Shown here piece by piece: positions 10,246 to 20,390 of a stretch of 64,000 bases of DNA. Source of the DNA: a phage; assembly GCA_019326865.1 (NCBI GenBank), contig GCA_019326865.1_4101.1; one strand, 5' to 3'. Made by a program: the position numbers and the translations under genes. Each line of letters opens with the position of its first letter. Position 1 is the first letter of the stretch. The notes under the pieces were generated by a model that saw nothing but the letters and a program-made list of their open reading frames with translations, did not search any database and had not been told where the DNA came from.

Positions 10246-10258
10246 TAAAGTAAAATAT

Positions 10259-10283
10259 AGGGGATTATTTAATCCCCTTTTGA
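10259..10283 (+). terminator. rho-independent terminator
   Basis: AGGGGATTA..TAATCCCCT hairpin followed by TTTT. Confidence 0.55.
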
Positions 10284-10342
10284 TGTTTTTTAAAAGTAGT
10301 AAATAGTATTATATGTGCTAGTTTTTAAGGATAATATAAAAT

Positions 10343-10906
10343 ATGGACGATTTAGATTATACAGATAATGCTATTCAGCAATTGTATGATAACAGTGGTA
10401 TGTTAGATATACTTCTTGCTGTAGAGAAATATTTCGATGATAATGATTTATATGCGTATAAAGGAATTATTGAGGGTGAGTTGGTAGAGGGACCAATCGT
10501 AAGTAAGTATTGGTGTACTGTAACATTTAAATACTATCGTGAAAATTTCCCCGATCCTACAGCATTCTCCATTTTGGAGAAACATGGCACGAAAGTATAT
10601 GTCAAAGCTGATTATGAAATAACACCAATCCAAGAACCAAATCGCCAAGCTGATATGAAAAGCATTGCGACACAATCTGGTTCTGTGCGTATTCCAAAAA
10701 ATGAAAGAATTCCAGTTCTGTTGGTTAGAGTTCAAATTCCAAGAAACTTAATTAATCCAGAAAGTTTTGATGAATATAAACTTATGGCATCTGAATTTAA
10801 TAGTAATCCTATGAATTCTCCCGAAAATACAGAGGAACCAGTTACAGGTGGTGATGTTGATTTGGACGTCGATGTAAATGATGATATGCAAGAAGGTGGA
10901 ATGTAA
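10343..10906 (+). CDS. hypothetical protein with acidic C-terminus
   Basis: ORF 187 aa; C-terminal D/E-rich tail. Confidence 0.5.
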   Translation: MDDLDYTDNAIQQLYDNSGMLDILLAVEKYFDDNDLYAYKGIIEGELVEGPIVSKYWCTVTFKYYRENFPDPTAFSILEKHGTKVYVKADYEITPIQEPNRQADMKSIATQSGSVRIPKNERIPVLLVRVQIPRNLINPESFDEYKLMASEFNSNPMNSPENTEEPVTGGDVDLDVDVNDDMQEGGM

Positions 10907-11586
10907 TGAAAAAGAAATTAAATGAACAGGGATTACGCCCACAGGTTCTTAAAGATTTGATTCATCCTATTATTAGTGTTGACGAATATACTCCTAAAAT
11001 TGAAGATAGTAATATCGTTATTATGTTCCAGGTTCTAAATAATTTTGATGCCGCATATGATTTATCTTCTTTTATTGAAAAATCACCAATTGATGCAATC
11101 GACACAGAGGCAGCAGAAACCCCTAATTTGGATGGTCGATATCAAGTTTATGTTGAAATGGAACGCAATGCGGAGTTCCCTGAAAAACTATTACGTTTAA
11201 TCAAAACAATTGAAAACATTTGCCCAGATCCCGGCTGGAAAATTCAACTATATGGTGTTAATGATCCTATTGATGTTGATTTTGAAGAAATACAGCAGAG
11301 AATTGATTTAGGTATTCCAAGTTCAATTAGTGAGTTTCTTGACTATGCAGGTGTTTCTGCAATTAAAGAAGGTAATATGTTGACACTAAAAACTGCATAT
11401 GGTAAATTACATTATAGCACTGGAAGCGGTTTTGTTTCAGAAACATATGTGAAAAAGTTATTAAAGAATGATACACAATTAGACACTTCGCGTCTTAGTT
11501 CCATACTAGGGGAAAGCTATACAGTACTACGAAGTGGTGATCAATATGTAATTGGAAGGAATGGGAAATATTTGGTGTTGCGATGA
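10906..11586 (+). CDS. hypothetical protein
   Basis: ORF 226 aa, ATGA-coupled to upstream ORF. Confidence 0.5.
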   Translation: MKKKLNEQGLRPQVLKDLIHPIISVDEYTPKIEDSNIVIMFQVLNNFDAAYDLSSFIEKSPIDAIDTEAAETPNLDGRYQVYVEMERNAEFPEKLLRLIKTIENICPDPGWKIQLYGVNDPIDVDFEEIQQRIDLGIPSSISEFLDYAGVSAIKEGNMLTLKTAYGKLHYSTGSGFVSETYVKKLLKNDTQLDTSRLSSILGESYTVLRSGDQYVIGRNGKYLVLR

Positions 11587-12401
11587 GAATTTTAAATATG
11601 CTTAAATCTCTTCACGAAACAACCAAATTACATCAGGATGAAAAGTATCGTCGCAGTCTTACTAAAGATTTAGCATGTCGTATGTATATGCGTAGATTTG
11701 AAATTTCAAGAATTGGTAAAGGATGGGACGATGTAAATCGCGAAGACATTGATCCAGATGCAATTTTTAAAGCATACATGGCTAGAAAAGTTTTCATAAA
11801 TGAAAAAACTTTTTATATTGATAGTGATAGAGAATTAGAAAATAAATTTACAAAAGGTTTATGGAAGATATGGTGTGTTGAAGTATTCGGTGAAGTATTA
11901 CCTGAGCCACCTGTCCCAGAAACTTATAAAGACTTAAAAAGTATTTTTGATAATGAACATATACATTCAAATTTCTCGTTATATGATACTGTGTCAGAAG
12001 CTGTATTTTATGGTGAGTTACATGGTCATAACAAATACTTTGATAGTATGGTTAGTTTTGATTTGTTTTGTCACTTGCCTGGTGTATCAAGTTGGACATG
12101 TGACCAACACAGAGCAAGTAAGATTGATAAGCGAAAATTCTCGGCCCAAAGATTTATGCAAGTTGCTATGAGTATGTATAAACTTGATTATCTTGGTTGT
12201 CCAGAACCATATAAACATTTTTGGAAAGAAAGAGCACAAAAATGTTTAAACTATTGTATAATCCGTTTAATGAACACATACATTCTTAAGTTTAGAAATG
12301 CAACTGTATACGACATGCCTGAACCACCAAAGAATGAAAAATATCCACCTGTCAAGACATTTGTATGGTACAAGGATAAAAGTAACAAAAGGATGCACTA
12401 A
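11583..12401 (+). CDS. hypothetical protein
   Basis: ORF 272 aa, overlaps upstream stop. Confidence 0.5.
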   Translation: MRILNMLKSLHETTKLHQDEKYRRSLTKDLACRMYMRRFEISRIGKGWDDVNREDIDPDAIFKAYMARKVFINEKTFYIDSDRELENKFTKGLWKIWCVEVFGEVLPEPPVPETYKDLKSIFDNEHIHSNFSLYDTVSEAVFYGELHGHNKYFDSMVSFDLFCHLPGVSSWTCDQHRASKIDKRKFSAQRFMQVAMSMYKLDYLGCPEPYKHFWKERAQKCLNYCIIRLMNTYILKFRNATVYDMPEPPKNEKYPPVKTFVWYKDKSNKRMH

Positions 12402-12497
12402 GGTGTGTCCTTTTTTCTTTTCAGGTGTTGACATGCATAGACGAAGTCTGTACAATAACTACATCGCGTGAATTTTAATTGATTATGAGGTTTTATA

Positions 12498-13625
12498 ATG
12501 AAAGGTAAATATTTTTTCATTGAAAATGGGAAAGAAGTTGAGATTCAAGAATTTAACTATAATTATGTACTGAATTCTTTATTGAAACAATATGACCGTT
12601 CATCAAACAAAAAATACATTTACAATGTGATAGTACGTCGTACATATGATTCATTGGGTAATCCGATATTTGATGTAAAAACATTGGCATTAGATGAAAT
12701 CTATTTTGATAATAAACGATTGAAAGTTCTTGATTTAATGAAGGATAAAATTCATTTTAGTAATGTTAAAATTGATCCGAACATGCCAGTTCCACCACTA
12801 GAGCGTGAATATCGTGAATGGAAAGAAGGTCGTTCTAAACCACGTTTAGATATGGTACAAACATCACCAAATGTACCTGCACCTATTGTTCTGAAGAAAA
12901 AATCAATTGACCCAGATGACAACAGAATTGCTGATATTGAACGTTGGGTTGAATTCCCTAGTACTATTGAAAAGAATTCAGTAAAAGTTCTAGACTGGTT
13001 TGTAAACTTACCTGTTTGTGCACAAGAAATTGGAACTAAGATTCAACAAATTTCAGAACGTCAATTGGATCTTAATTCAGCATTACAACAGCATAGTGAT
13101 TATATTAGAATGCTTATGAATAACCTTACTGTTGCGTTGGAAACGTTGTTCCCATTGAAGCCGACCTTTACGCAGAAATTATTTGGTAAAACTGATATAA
13201 AAGTGCAACCATCAGATTTGCCAAAAGTGATGAAAGCACTAAATGAAGCAGTTAAGTATGACACCAATAAGTTTAGTGGTCTTAGTACTATGTTTTCAGA
13301 ACTCCGAAAGGAAGTTCATGAAATCAAAAATGAACTTGAATATGGAAAGTTGGGATGTGAATACGCACTACGTTGTGTGGATGATGCGTTTGAATATGAA
13401 TTAACATTAGAACGTATTATGAAAATGGGAATTACAACATCCATGACTGAAACGAGCATTATTGCAACAAGTAAGCAATATCAAGTTGATATGAATCGTA
13501 TGGTAGATATTCAAACTATTACTATCCCTTTGATTATCAATCGTTTACAATCACAGACAGGTAAAGCTGTAGATGAGGATACAGTAAAAATTATTCGTAA
13601 TCTGGCATATGGTAACAAAGAGTAA
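12498..13625 (+). CDS. hypothetical protein
   Basis: ORF 375 aa. Confidence 0.55.
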   Translation: MKGKYFFIENGKEVEIQEFNYNYVLNSLLKQYDRSSNKKYIYNVIVRRTYDSLGNPIFDVKTLALDEIYFDNKRLKVLDLMKDKIHFSNVKIDPNMPVPPLEREYREWKEGRSKPRLDMVQTSPNVPAPIVLKKKSIDPDDNRIADIERWVEFPSTIEKNSVKVLDWFVNLPVCAQEIGTKIQQISERQLDLNSALQQHSDYIRMLMNNLTVALETLFPLKPTFTQKLFGKTDIKVQPSDLPKVMKALNEAVKYDTNKFSGLSTMFSELRKEVHEIKNELEYGKLGCEYALRCVDDAFEYELTLERIMKMGITTSMTETSIIATSKQYQVDMNRMVDIQTITIPLIINRLQSQTGKAVDEDTVKIIRNLAYGNKE

Positions 13626-13632
13626 AAAATAC

Positions 13633-13661
13633 TTGACTAGCATCTGTGTTGCACGTATAAT
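13633..13661 (+). promoter_or_regulatory. sigma70-like promoter (TTGACT-17-TATAAT)
   Basis: -35 TTGACT, 17-bp spacer, -10 TATAAT upstream of ORF 13710. Confidence 0.5.
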
Positions 13662-13709
13662 GTTTATCACAAAGCAGCACATCATATTAAATTAAACGAG
13701 GAATACTAA

Positions 13710-14858
13710 ATGTCCGAGAAAGAAATCAATCCTAAAAAAACAACTACCGCAGCTAAAACTACAAAACGTTCTACAAAACGTTCTACCAAAACCGCATCCA
13801 AAGGTCATACCATTGATGCAAGTGATATTTTTAACCAAACTACAAAATCACTCCCCGTACTGAAAGATGTTAAGGGAAATACTATGTCTCTAACAGTTCA
13901 AAACATCAACACTGTTGGTACAACTGCTGGTGCTGCTGTTGGGCGATTAGCTGATGAAATCATGTCTAAAGTTAATGTAACTGATGACAATACAGAGTTT
14001 GGAAAATCAATCACCACAATTCTCACATTGACTCGTGCAGTTGATATTGACAGTCTTCAAGAAGATAAATCAATTGTGGGGCGTATTAAGAAATTTTTTG
14101 TTAATGCTCAACAAAAAGTTGGTGATCAGTACAAAAATAGCAAAGAGCAAATTGACGAAATCATGAAAACTCTTCAAACTGGTATTAATCGCCAGCACGG
14201 AGAATGTGAATGGCTTGATAAAGCATATAATGAAAACAAAGAATATTTGTTTGAATTACGTGATACATTAGTTGGTTTGGAAGAAGTAACTAAATCACAA
14301 GATGCATTGTTAGAAGAAATGCAAAAAGACAAAAATGTAGACTCTTTTGCTATTCAAGAGCAGAAGATGATTTGTGAAGCACTTTCTAAACAGGAAGATA
14401 AGATTCGTCGTCTTATTATGATGTGCGAACTAAGTGGTCCACGTCTGATGAGTATGAAAAAAGTAAACTTGAACACTGTTTCTAAGTTTGAAGATTTAAA
14501 ATCTGTTGTTATTCCAGCATGGAAGTCTCAATTGGCTGAACAATTAATTTCCGAGCGTCAACGTAAGGATAATGAACTAGGCAATCTAATTGATAATGAG
14601 ACAAACCGTCTTTTGGAAACTAACTCTAAGATGGTTGCAGCAAATATGTTGGACGCAGCAAAGGCAAACAACCGTGGTATTGTGGATATTAAAACCTTGC
14701 GTAATGTACATAAAACGATGATTGACAGTATTGAAGCAGTTATTGAAGAAGAGAAAAAAGGCAAATTGGAACGTGAACGTGCTAAACAGGAAATTGCACA
14801 ACTTTCCTATGAACTGGAAGACACTCTTCGTGAAATTGCCGAAAAAGCTAACAAGTAA
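13710..14858 (+). CDS. hypothetical protein, basic N-terminus and coiled-coil-rich
   Basis: ORF 382 aa; KTTKRSTKRSTK N-terminus, heptad-like E/K/Q-rich segments. Confidence 0.55.
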   Translation: MSEKEINPKKTTTAAKTTKRSTKRSTKTASKGHTIDASDIFNQTTKSLPVLKDVKGNTMSLTVQNINTVGTTAGAAVGRLADEIMSKVNVTDDNTEFGKSITTILTLTRAVDIDSLQEDKSIVGRIKKFFVNAQQKVGDQYKNSKEQIDEIMKTLQTGINRQHGECEWLDKAYNENKEYLFELRDTLVGLEEVTKSQDALLEEMQKDKNVDSFAIQEQKMICEALSKQEDKIRRLIMMCELSGPRLMSMKKVNLNTVSKFEDLKSVVIPAWKSQLAEQLISERQRKDNELGNLIDNETNRLLETNSKMVAANMLDAAKANNRGIVDIKTLRNVHKTMIDSIEAVIEEEKKGKLERERAKQEIAQLSYELEDTLREIAEKANK

Positions 14859-14861
14859 TAG

Positions 14862-14890
14862 TTGACATATGAGTGCGTTTTTAATATAAT
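14862..14890 (+). promoter_or_regulatory. sigma70-like promoter (TTGACA-17-TATAAT) embedded in a hairpin
   Basis: -35 TTGACA, -10 TATAAT; the -10 lies in the loop of inverted repeat GAGTGCGTTTT / AAAACGCACTC. Confidence 0.45.
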
Positions 14891-14914
14891 CTTATTGAAA
14901 ACGCACTCTTTTTA
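14871..14914 (+). terminator. hairpin plus T-run (terminator-like, overlapping promoter)
   Basis: 11-bp inverted repeat with 16-nt loop followed by TTTTT. Confidence 0.4.
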
Positions 14915-14937
14915 ATGTACAGATAAGGAACTAATTT

Positions 14938-15627
14938 ATGAAACGTCGTCATATTAGTGTTGATATTGAAACTCTTGGAACACCTGAACTTTCCGGTTAT
15001 GATATTATTATCCCAAATTATGCAGCAGTTGTAGTTCCAAGTAAACCTGAAAATGACATTCATCAGTTCTTATATGTTAAATTACCATACCAAGATCAAG
15101 TTGCTGCTGGATTAAAATCAGACGCAGGTGCAATGGATTTTTGGATGAATACATGCCAGAAAGAATATCCAAATGCATATACTGAAGTTGCTAGTACTAT
15201 GAAAATCAAAGCACCTGAATTATATGGACCTAATGAACAATCACGACGTTTTTTTGCATACAGTAGTATTGTTGATTTTTGGAAAGAATTACGTTACAAT
15301 GAACATGGCGAAGAAGTTCCTCATTCTGTATGGGGTAATGGATGCAACTTCGATTGTAGTATTTTACAAGCAAACCATTTAAAATTAATGAACGCGGGTG
15401 AATTGTGGAAGTATGATGCACCTGAAAATGCACGCACATTGAAACGTTTATTGAATGAAGAAGCTCGTATTGAAATGGATGAAATCGTCTCGGTACAATT
15501 GGCTAAATTTGTTACATATGCAAACAAGTGTGGGATCAATGGGTTGGAGTTGCACCACCCACTGTTTGATGCGGCACGTGAAGCAATCCAGATTTCATTT
15601 TGTCTAAACAAGCTTAAAATGGATTAA
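14938..15627 (+). CDS. dexA: exonuclease A (DexA-like, DnaQ-type 3'-5' exonuclease)
   Basis: 229 aa; motifs ISVDIETLG, WGNGCNFDCSIL, HHPLFDAAREA parallel T4 DexA DFETMG / FDFPIL / H..D. Confidence 0.75.
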   Translation: MKRRHISVDIETLGTPELSGYDIIIPNYAAVVVPSKPENDIHQFLYVKLPYQDQVAAGLKSDAGAMDFWMNTCQKEYPNAYTEVASTMKIKAPELYGPNEQSRRFFAYSSIVDFWKELRYNEHGEEVPHSVWGNGCNFDCSILQANHLKLMNAGELWKYDAPENARTLKRLLNEEARIEMDEIVSVQLAKFVTYANKCGINGLELHHPLFDAAREAIQISFCLNKLKMD

Positions 15628-15630
15628 TAC

Positions 15631-16725
15631 ATGAATTTTATTATTCTGTTAATACCTTCTCTAATTGTAGTATTCGTTATGAAATACATGTACGATAAGC
15701 ACATCAGTACTAAAGAATTGATGATTCATATTGGTTGTTGTGTATTAGGTGCTGCTCTTGTACTTGGGATTTCATATGCAATTAATTACAGCCAACTATA
15801 TGATGTAGAGATTTTAAATGGACAAGTAACATCAAAATACAATCATAAAGAAATTTGTACACAATCAAGTTCATGTAAGCACTATACATGGCATGAGAAG
15901 TGTCACACACGATATGATAGCAAAGGTAAATCACATCGTGAGTGTGAATCATATAAAGTATTTGATTACTCATATGAAGTTGATTGGTATGTGAAAAGTA
16001 CAGTAGGTGTGTTTGTGATTGAACGTGTAAACCGTCAAGGCACAATGACACCACCACGTTGGCAACAAGTTATGATTGGTGACTATGCAGCAGCAGAAAG
16101 TTCATATATCAACTATCTATTTGCTGATAAGAACTCATTGTTTAGTCCAGCAGAAATACACAACATGTATGATGAAAAGTATCTTAGTACTATTCCAGAA
16201 TACCCAAGTGTAGTTGATTATTATAAAACCCATCATGTAATTAACACTACAAATTACAACGTTGATGGTTACGATGAATACCTTCGTAATGAGCTAAAAA
16301 CTATGGGTACACGTAAGCAGGTAAACATCCAAGTTCTGGTGTATAATTACAAAGATAGTGATTTTGTTGCTGCAACTCTTGCAAAGTGGCGTGGTGGTAA
16401 GAAGAATGATGTTATTATGTTCTTTGGTATTGATAATGATGGTAATGTTGTTAAATTCAACAGTACCTCATTTGCACAAGGTATGAAGAATGAAGAGTTA
16501 CATGCAAAGATGCGTATTGATGCATTAAATGAAAAATTAACTCTTGACTTACTATCCAAAGAAGTGCATAATATTGATACACAGTTCGAGAGACTCTCTA
16601 ATAAAGAGTTTGAGTACCTATCAGTAAAAATGGAACCTAGAAAAGATGTTCTTATTGGTGCTTCCATTGTATTGTTGATTCTGTCTATTTTCATTGGCCT
16701 TTATATGAGGGATAACAAATTATGA
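15631..16725 (+). CDS. membrane protein (N- and C-terminal TM helices)
   Basis: 364 aa; hydrophobic segments at both ends. Confidence 0.55.
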   Translation: MNFIILLIPSLIVVFVMKYMYDKHISTKELMIHIGCCVLGAALVLGISYAINYSQLYDVEILNGQVTSKYNHKEICTQSSSCKHYTWHEKCHTRYDSKGKSHRECESYKVFDYSYEVDWYVKSTVGVFVIERVNRQGTMTPPRWQQVMIGDYAAAESSYINYLFADKNSLFSPAEIHNMYDEKYLSTIPEYPSVVDYYKTHHVINTTNYNVDGYDEYLRNELKTMGTRKQVNIQVLVYNYKDSDFVAATLAKWRGGKKNDVIMFFGIDNDGNVVKFNSTSFAQGMKNEELHAKMRIDALNEKLTLDLLSKEVHNIDTQFERLSNKEFEYLSVKMEPRKDVLIGASIVLLILSIFIGLYMRDNKL

Positions 16726-17276
16726 ATGGTAAAATTTTTGCGTTGATTGGTATTGTAGTTGTTGTAGGTCTGATGATGATTGGTGCTGTCAGTATGTATG
16801 TTGATACACATGACCGTGCAGTTGAATTCGAAGGTAACATTAAAAAGTACAATGACGCGTCCGAAAGCCAACTGAGTACCTACACTCTTACAATTCAAGA
16901 AAAGGTACAAGTTTCTGATAAGTACAAAGATGCATTGAAAGAAACAATTGAATCATACTTTAAAGGACGTGAAGGTGTTGACCAAAAATTCGTAATGTCA
17001 CAAATCCAACAACAGGTTCCAAATCTCGATCCTAAGATTTATCAGGAACTAATGGCTACAATTGAATCAGGACGTAATAAGTTCAACAATCTTCAGAAAA
17101 TGAAAATTGATCAGTGTACTGATTATGCAAAGTTCCGTAAAGGTTTTTGGAATTCCAGAGTTCTTGATAAAGATATTTTCCCAGGTAAAGAAATTGAACA
17201 TCTATGTACTGTAGTTTCTGATATACGTACTAAGAAAGCAATGGATACTGGTATTCAAGAAGTAATTAAACTATAA
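16722..17276 (+). CDS. membrane-anchored protein (N-terminal TM)
   Basis: 184 aa; N-terminal hydrophobic helix IFALIGIVVVVGLMMIGAV. Confidence 0.55.
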   Translation: MNGKIFALIGIVVVVGLMMIGAVSMYVDTHDRAVEFEGNIKKYNDASESQLSTYTLTIQEKVQVSDKYKDALKETIESYFKGREGVDQKFVMSQIQQQVPNLDPKIYQELMATIESGRNKFNNLQKMKIDQCTDYAKFRKGFWNSRVLDKDIFPGKEIEHLCTVVSDIRTKKAMDTGIQEVIKL

Positions 17277-17285
17277 TTAAATGTT

Positions 17286-17310
17286 GGGGGTACTTTGTAC
17301 CCCCTTTTCT
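17286..17310 (+). terminator. rho-independent terminator
   Basis: GGGGGTAC tttg TACCCCC followed by TTTTCT. Confidence 0.6.
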
Positions 17311-17910
17311 ATGGGATGTACTATGTTTTTAAAAAATACTTATGAATTGATTAAAATGCTTCATCAAATGAAGAAAGGTAGTTTATTTCCCTATTACTCT
17401 GAGGATGAAACACATCGTTTAGTCCTTAAATTGGATGAAACTGGACGTATTATATCATTAAGAACACCAGTTCCGAGTGTGGAAACAGTAATTACACAAT
17501 CAACTCAAAATTCAGGAACTGCTATTAAAACGCCACAAGCATACAACTCTAATTACCAACAACCACAAATGTACACGATTAGCACTCCACCTATTAGACG
17601 AGTTGCTTGTATTGTGAATATAAAAGTATCTAAGGACTTTGATGATTTAATATCAGTTGAATGGTCAGAACTAACATCATCATTAACAAACAACGGGCTT
17701 GTAGTGACAAATGCAGGTATAATGCACAACAACAAAGAAGGACAGCAGATAATGAGTGCGTTATATCTTAGTAATGGTTATGTTATCATCAACGGTAAGT
17801 TGTATAGCGATACTGATCCTATTGCATTCACTGAAGATTTGGTTGGTGACAAAGAATACAGCATTCTTGAAATTATGAATTTAAAAAAGGTGTATGAAAA
17901 CCGTGATTAG
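17311..17910 (+). CDS. hypothetical protein
   Basis: ORF; start moved to ATG 17311 downstream of terminator hairpin. Confidence 0.5.
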   Translation: MGCTMFLKNTYELIKMLHQMKKGSLFPYYSEDETHRLVLKLDETGRIISLRTPVPSVETVITQSTQNSGTAIKTPQAYNSNYQQPQMYTISTPPIRRVACIVNIKVSKDFDDLISVEWSELTSSLTNNGLVVTNAGIMHNNKEGQQIMSALYLSNGYVIINGKLYSDTDPIAFTEDLVGDKEYSILEIMNLKKVYENRD

Positions 17911-18475
17911 ATTTCAACAAGATGATTTGCCATTTATTCAAGAACTAGAAGAACAGGTAATAAGTATTATGGATGAAATTAGTACTTGGGATATAACAGT
18001 GTTTCGAAATGTATATGATAATGTGGTAAATTTTAAAAATGTTAATATTGAAGTAAAACATAATAATTTTTACTTAACAAAACGATTCATTTTGACTCGT
18101 CCTGGTACAAAGCCAGAGAAACGTAATTTGTCATTTGGACGCCTAGTTGGTACAGAACAGGTACATGAAGACTGGATTGACTCCATCTATTCGTATACAA
18201 AAGAGCTTATTCCTGATATTGAGAAAAGATATTATCTTAGTATCACATTAGATGAAAACGGAAATCTTAATGCGTATTCGATAAATTCTTCTTCAAATGT
18301 TCCATTACATTCAATGACGATTGGTGACAAAAAATTACTAATAAATTCTGAAACATGGTACAATAGAGAAAATTTCGCAGCAGAATCATTTCAGTACTCT
18401 GTATCTGAACCTAAGTCACCTTTTGATATAGTGTTTGTAAGTAATATTCTTTTACGTTTTGGTGTAGGAGTGTAA
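17894..18475 (+). CDS. hypothetical protein
   Basis: ORF 193 aa. Confidence 0.5.
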   Translation: MKTVIRFQQDDLPFIQELEEQVISIMDEISTWDITVFRNVYDNVVNFKNVNIEVKHNNFYLTKRFILTRPGTKPEKRNLSFGRLVGTEQVHEDWIDSIYSYTKELIPDIEKRYYLSITLDENGNLNAYSINSSSNVPLHSMTIGDKKLLINSETWYNRENFAAESFQYSVSEPKSPFDIVFVSNILLRFGVGV

Positions 18476-18478
18476 TTT

Positions 18479-18832
18479 ATGCTAATTTATTTAAGTGTTA
18501 TTGTGATTTCATTACTGGTATCATTCGCTGTTCTTAAAATTGTTGCTATTTGTAGAAGTAAGATTGATAGTTTTGAAACTAGATCAGTACTTGACTTGAT
18601 TATGGACCATCCTAAAATCTGTGGTATTATTGTATTATTCGTTGTACTGATTAATACATATATTGTCAGGGAACATTTATATAATATGTATGATTGTAGT
18701 GTGCGTTCTATTTCACAAGGTGTTGAAACAGACTATAGTTGGTACTATGAGAAATGTCGATTTAAAAACCAGCATGGTATTTGGGTTGATTTTGATAAAC
18801 TACGTGGAACACCTTCAGGAGAAGAAGAATAA
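18479..18832 (+). CDS. small membrane protein
   Basis: 117 aa; two hydrophobic segments. Confidence 0.5.
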   Translation: MLIYLSVIVISLLVSFAVLKIVAICRSKIDSFETRSVLDLIMDHPKICGIIVLFVVLINTYIVREHLYNMYDCSVRSISQGVETDYSWYYEKCRFKNQHGIWVDFDKLRGTPSGEEE

Positions 18833-18834
18833 TT

Positions 18835-19326
18835 ATGTTTGAATTCCCAGAAGAGTCATTTAACTTCATTGACCCTACTGATGATGGATACCGACATATT
18901 AACATTTATAGTAAAGCCAGAACGAAGTTGGGTAGAGATCTATCTAACTTTTCTTCGCATAGCTTCACACTTGAACCATATGGTTGGTTCCCTTCAGTTG
19001 AAACATTTTACTTTTGGTTTTTAACTGGGCAAAAACATGATGACCTTAGAAAAGTATCTGGTGCAGCAGCAAAAGCAGCCGCTAACAAATATATGCATGA
19101 TCGAATTGAAATGACGGATGATTGTATTTCTATTATTCAAGATGCTATTTGTGCTAAGATAATTCAAAATCCAGAGTTAGCCGAAAGATTAAGAAAAAGC
19201 AAGTTGCCTTTTTACCATTACTATGTATATGGTGGTAAAGTTGTAGATGTATCCAACGAACATGATTGGTTTGTTAAAACATTCGAATATATAAGAACTG
19301 TGTTAAAGGAAAACTATGATGGGTAA
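18835..19326 (+). CDS. NADAR (YbiA/DUF1768)-like protein
   Basis: 163 aa; LSNF..SVETFYF and AKIIQNPELAERL segments match NADAR pattern (SNF..SEHYFQ / KF.QNP.L). Confidence 0.45.
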   Translation: MFEFPEESFNFIDPTDDGYRHINIYSKARTKLGRDLSNFSSHSFTLEPYGWFPSVETFYFWFLTGQKHDDLRKVSGAAAKAAANKYMHDRIEMTDDCISIIQDAICAKIIQNPELAERLRKSKLPFYHYYVYGGKVVDVSNEHDWFVKTFEYIRTVLKENYDG

Positions 19327-19597
19327 ATGTTGGGTATGCTTCAAGGTGTTTGATGAAGAATATGAAATAATATTAGATGTATTGCCACAGCAGTACATGG
19401 TATGTAATGAAAAATACAAATTGGACACCTACCCGACCCCCAAGTACATGGGAATATGTCCTTTGTGTGATGCAAATGGCGTGTCCAATAGTGAGATTTC
19501 ATTCACTAACCAAGCCACAACTAACTGTGTATCTGGGTATATAAGAGAGAATCGAGAATATTTTATTAGGAGATTATATGAACGACAAAATCTTTGA
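19316..19597 (+). CDS. small Cys-rich (zinc-ribbon-like) protein
   Basis: 93 aa; CWVC...CPLC pairs. Confidence 0.45.
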   Translation: MMGKCWVCFKVFDEEYEIILDVLPQQYMVCNEKYKLDTYPTPKYMGICPLCDANGVSNSEISFTNQATTNCVSGYIRENREYFIRRLYERQNL

Positions 19598-19808
19598 TAC
19601 ATATAACATCGATACTTTACTAACACCATCTGATAACAGTACTGTTAAAATGGACATGTACTGGATTGTCGTTGATAAAAAAGTATTTAGACATAAAATT
19701 ACTAAAGTTTGGCAATGTAATAAAAACAAATCTATTGTTGAAGGATTGGCACAATGCATTCCTAATGCAGAGGTTTTATTTTTACCATATGCATATACAA
19801 AGGAATAA
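19578..19808 (+). CDS. hypothetical protein
   Basis: ORF 76 aa. Confidence 0.4.
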   Translation: MNDKIFDTYNIDTLLTPSDNSTVKMDMYWIVVDKKVFRHKITKVWQCNKNKSIVEGLAQCIPNAEVLFLPYAYTKE

Positions 19809-19809
19809 A

Positions 19810-19971
19810 ATGAAAAAAACTTGGAAAATATTCACAATACCTGCTATAATGTTGTTATTGACACTTTTCACACCACAGAGTCATGTATTATCTCTTAATA
19901 TTGTGGAAATAATTCTTCTTGTAATTCACTGTGTCGTGTGTTATAATTATGTAAAAGGTGATAAAGAATGA
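19810..19971 (+). CDS. small membrane protein
   Basis: 53 aa; ATG preceded by AAGGAA; hydrophobic core. Confidence 0.4.
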   Translation: MKKTWKIFTIPAIMLLLTLFTPQSHVLSLNIVEIILLVIHCVVCYNYVKGDKE

Positions 19972-20390
19972 AGTTCTTTAAAATTCGAATTGGTGTAAGT
20001 TCTGGTTTATCTCATTGGGTATTTTATGATTTACCTGATAGTTATACTATTGATGATGTAATTGATTTATATACCGAAGATCAACAATGGGTGTTAGATA
20101 CCGAAACATATAGAATTGATTGTCAAGAGATTAGTGAAGAAGATTACAAGCACGGAAAGCAAGCCATGAAGTATTTTGAAACAAATATCAAAATGCTGTC
20201 TGAAAACGTATTTCCGGTAAAAGAATGGGCAATTTTACTTGCTAATCCTAAAAAACCTGTTAGAATTGGTTATCCAAATTTTCATATGGTATATCGAATG
20301 AATGATAAACGAGAGCTTAATTATCAATACGATTATGACTCATCTAAGTTTGGGGTTCTTAAACAATTTTTGAAGGCTTATCCAGTATGA
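19968..20390 (+). CDS. hypothetical protein
   Basis: ORF 140 aa, ATGA overlap. Confidence 0.5.
   Translation: MKFFKIRIGVSSGLSHWVFYDLPDSYTIDDVIDLYTEDQQWVLDTETYRIDCQEISEEDYKHGKQAMKYFETNIKMLSENVFPVKEWAILLANPKKPVRIGYPNFHMVYRMNDKRELNYQYDYDSSKFGVLKQFLKAYPV

Noticed and set aside
10906-11586. Assigning ORF 10906-11586 as gp45 sliding clamp and 10343-10906 as gp62 on size alone
   Set aside because: Lengths (226 and 187 aa) match T4 gp45/gp62, but I could not see convincing sequence similarity and the gene order would be permuted, so they remain hypothetical.
11947-12171. ORF 11947-12171 inside ORF 11583-12401
   Set aside because: Fully nested in another frame of a longer plus-strand ORF; hydrophobic low-complexity translation.
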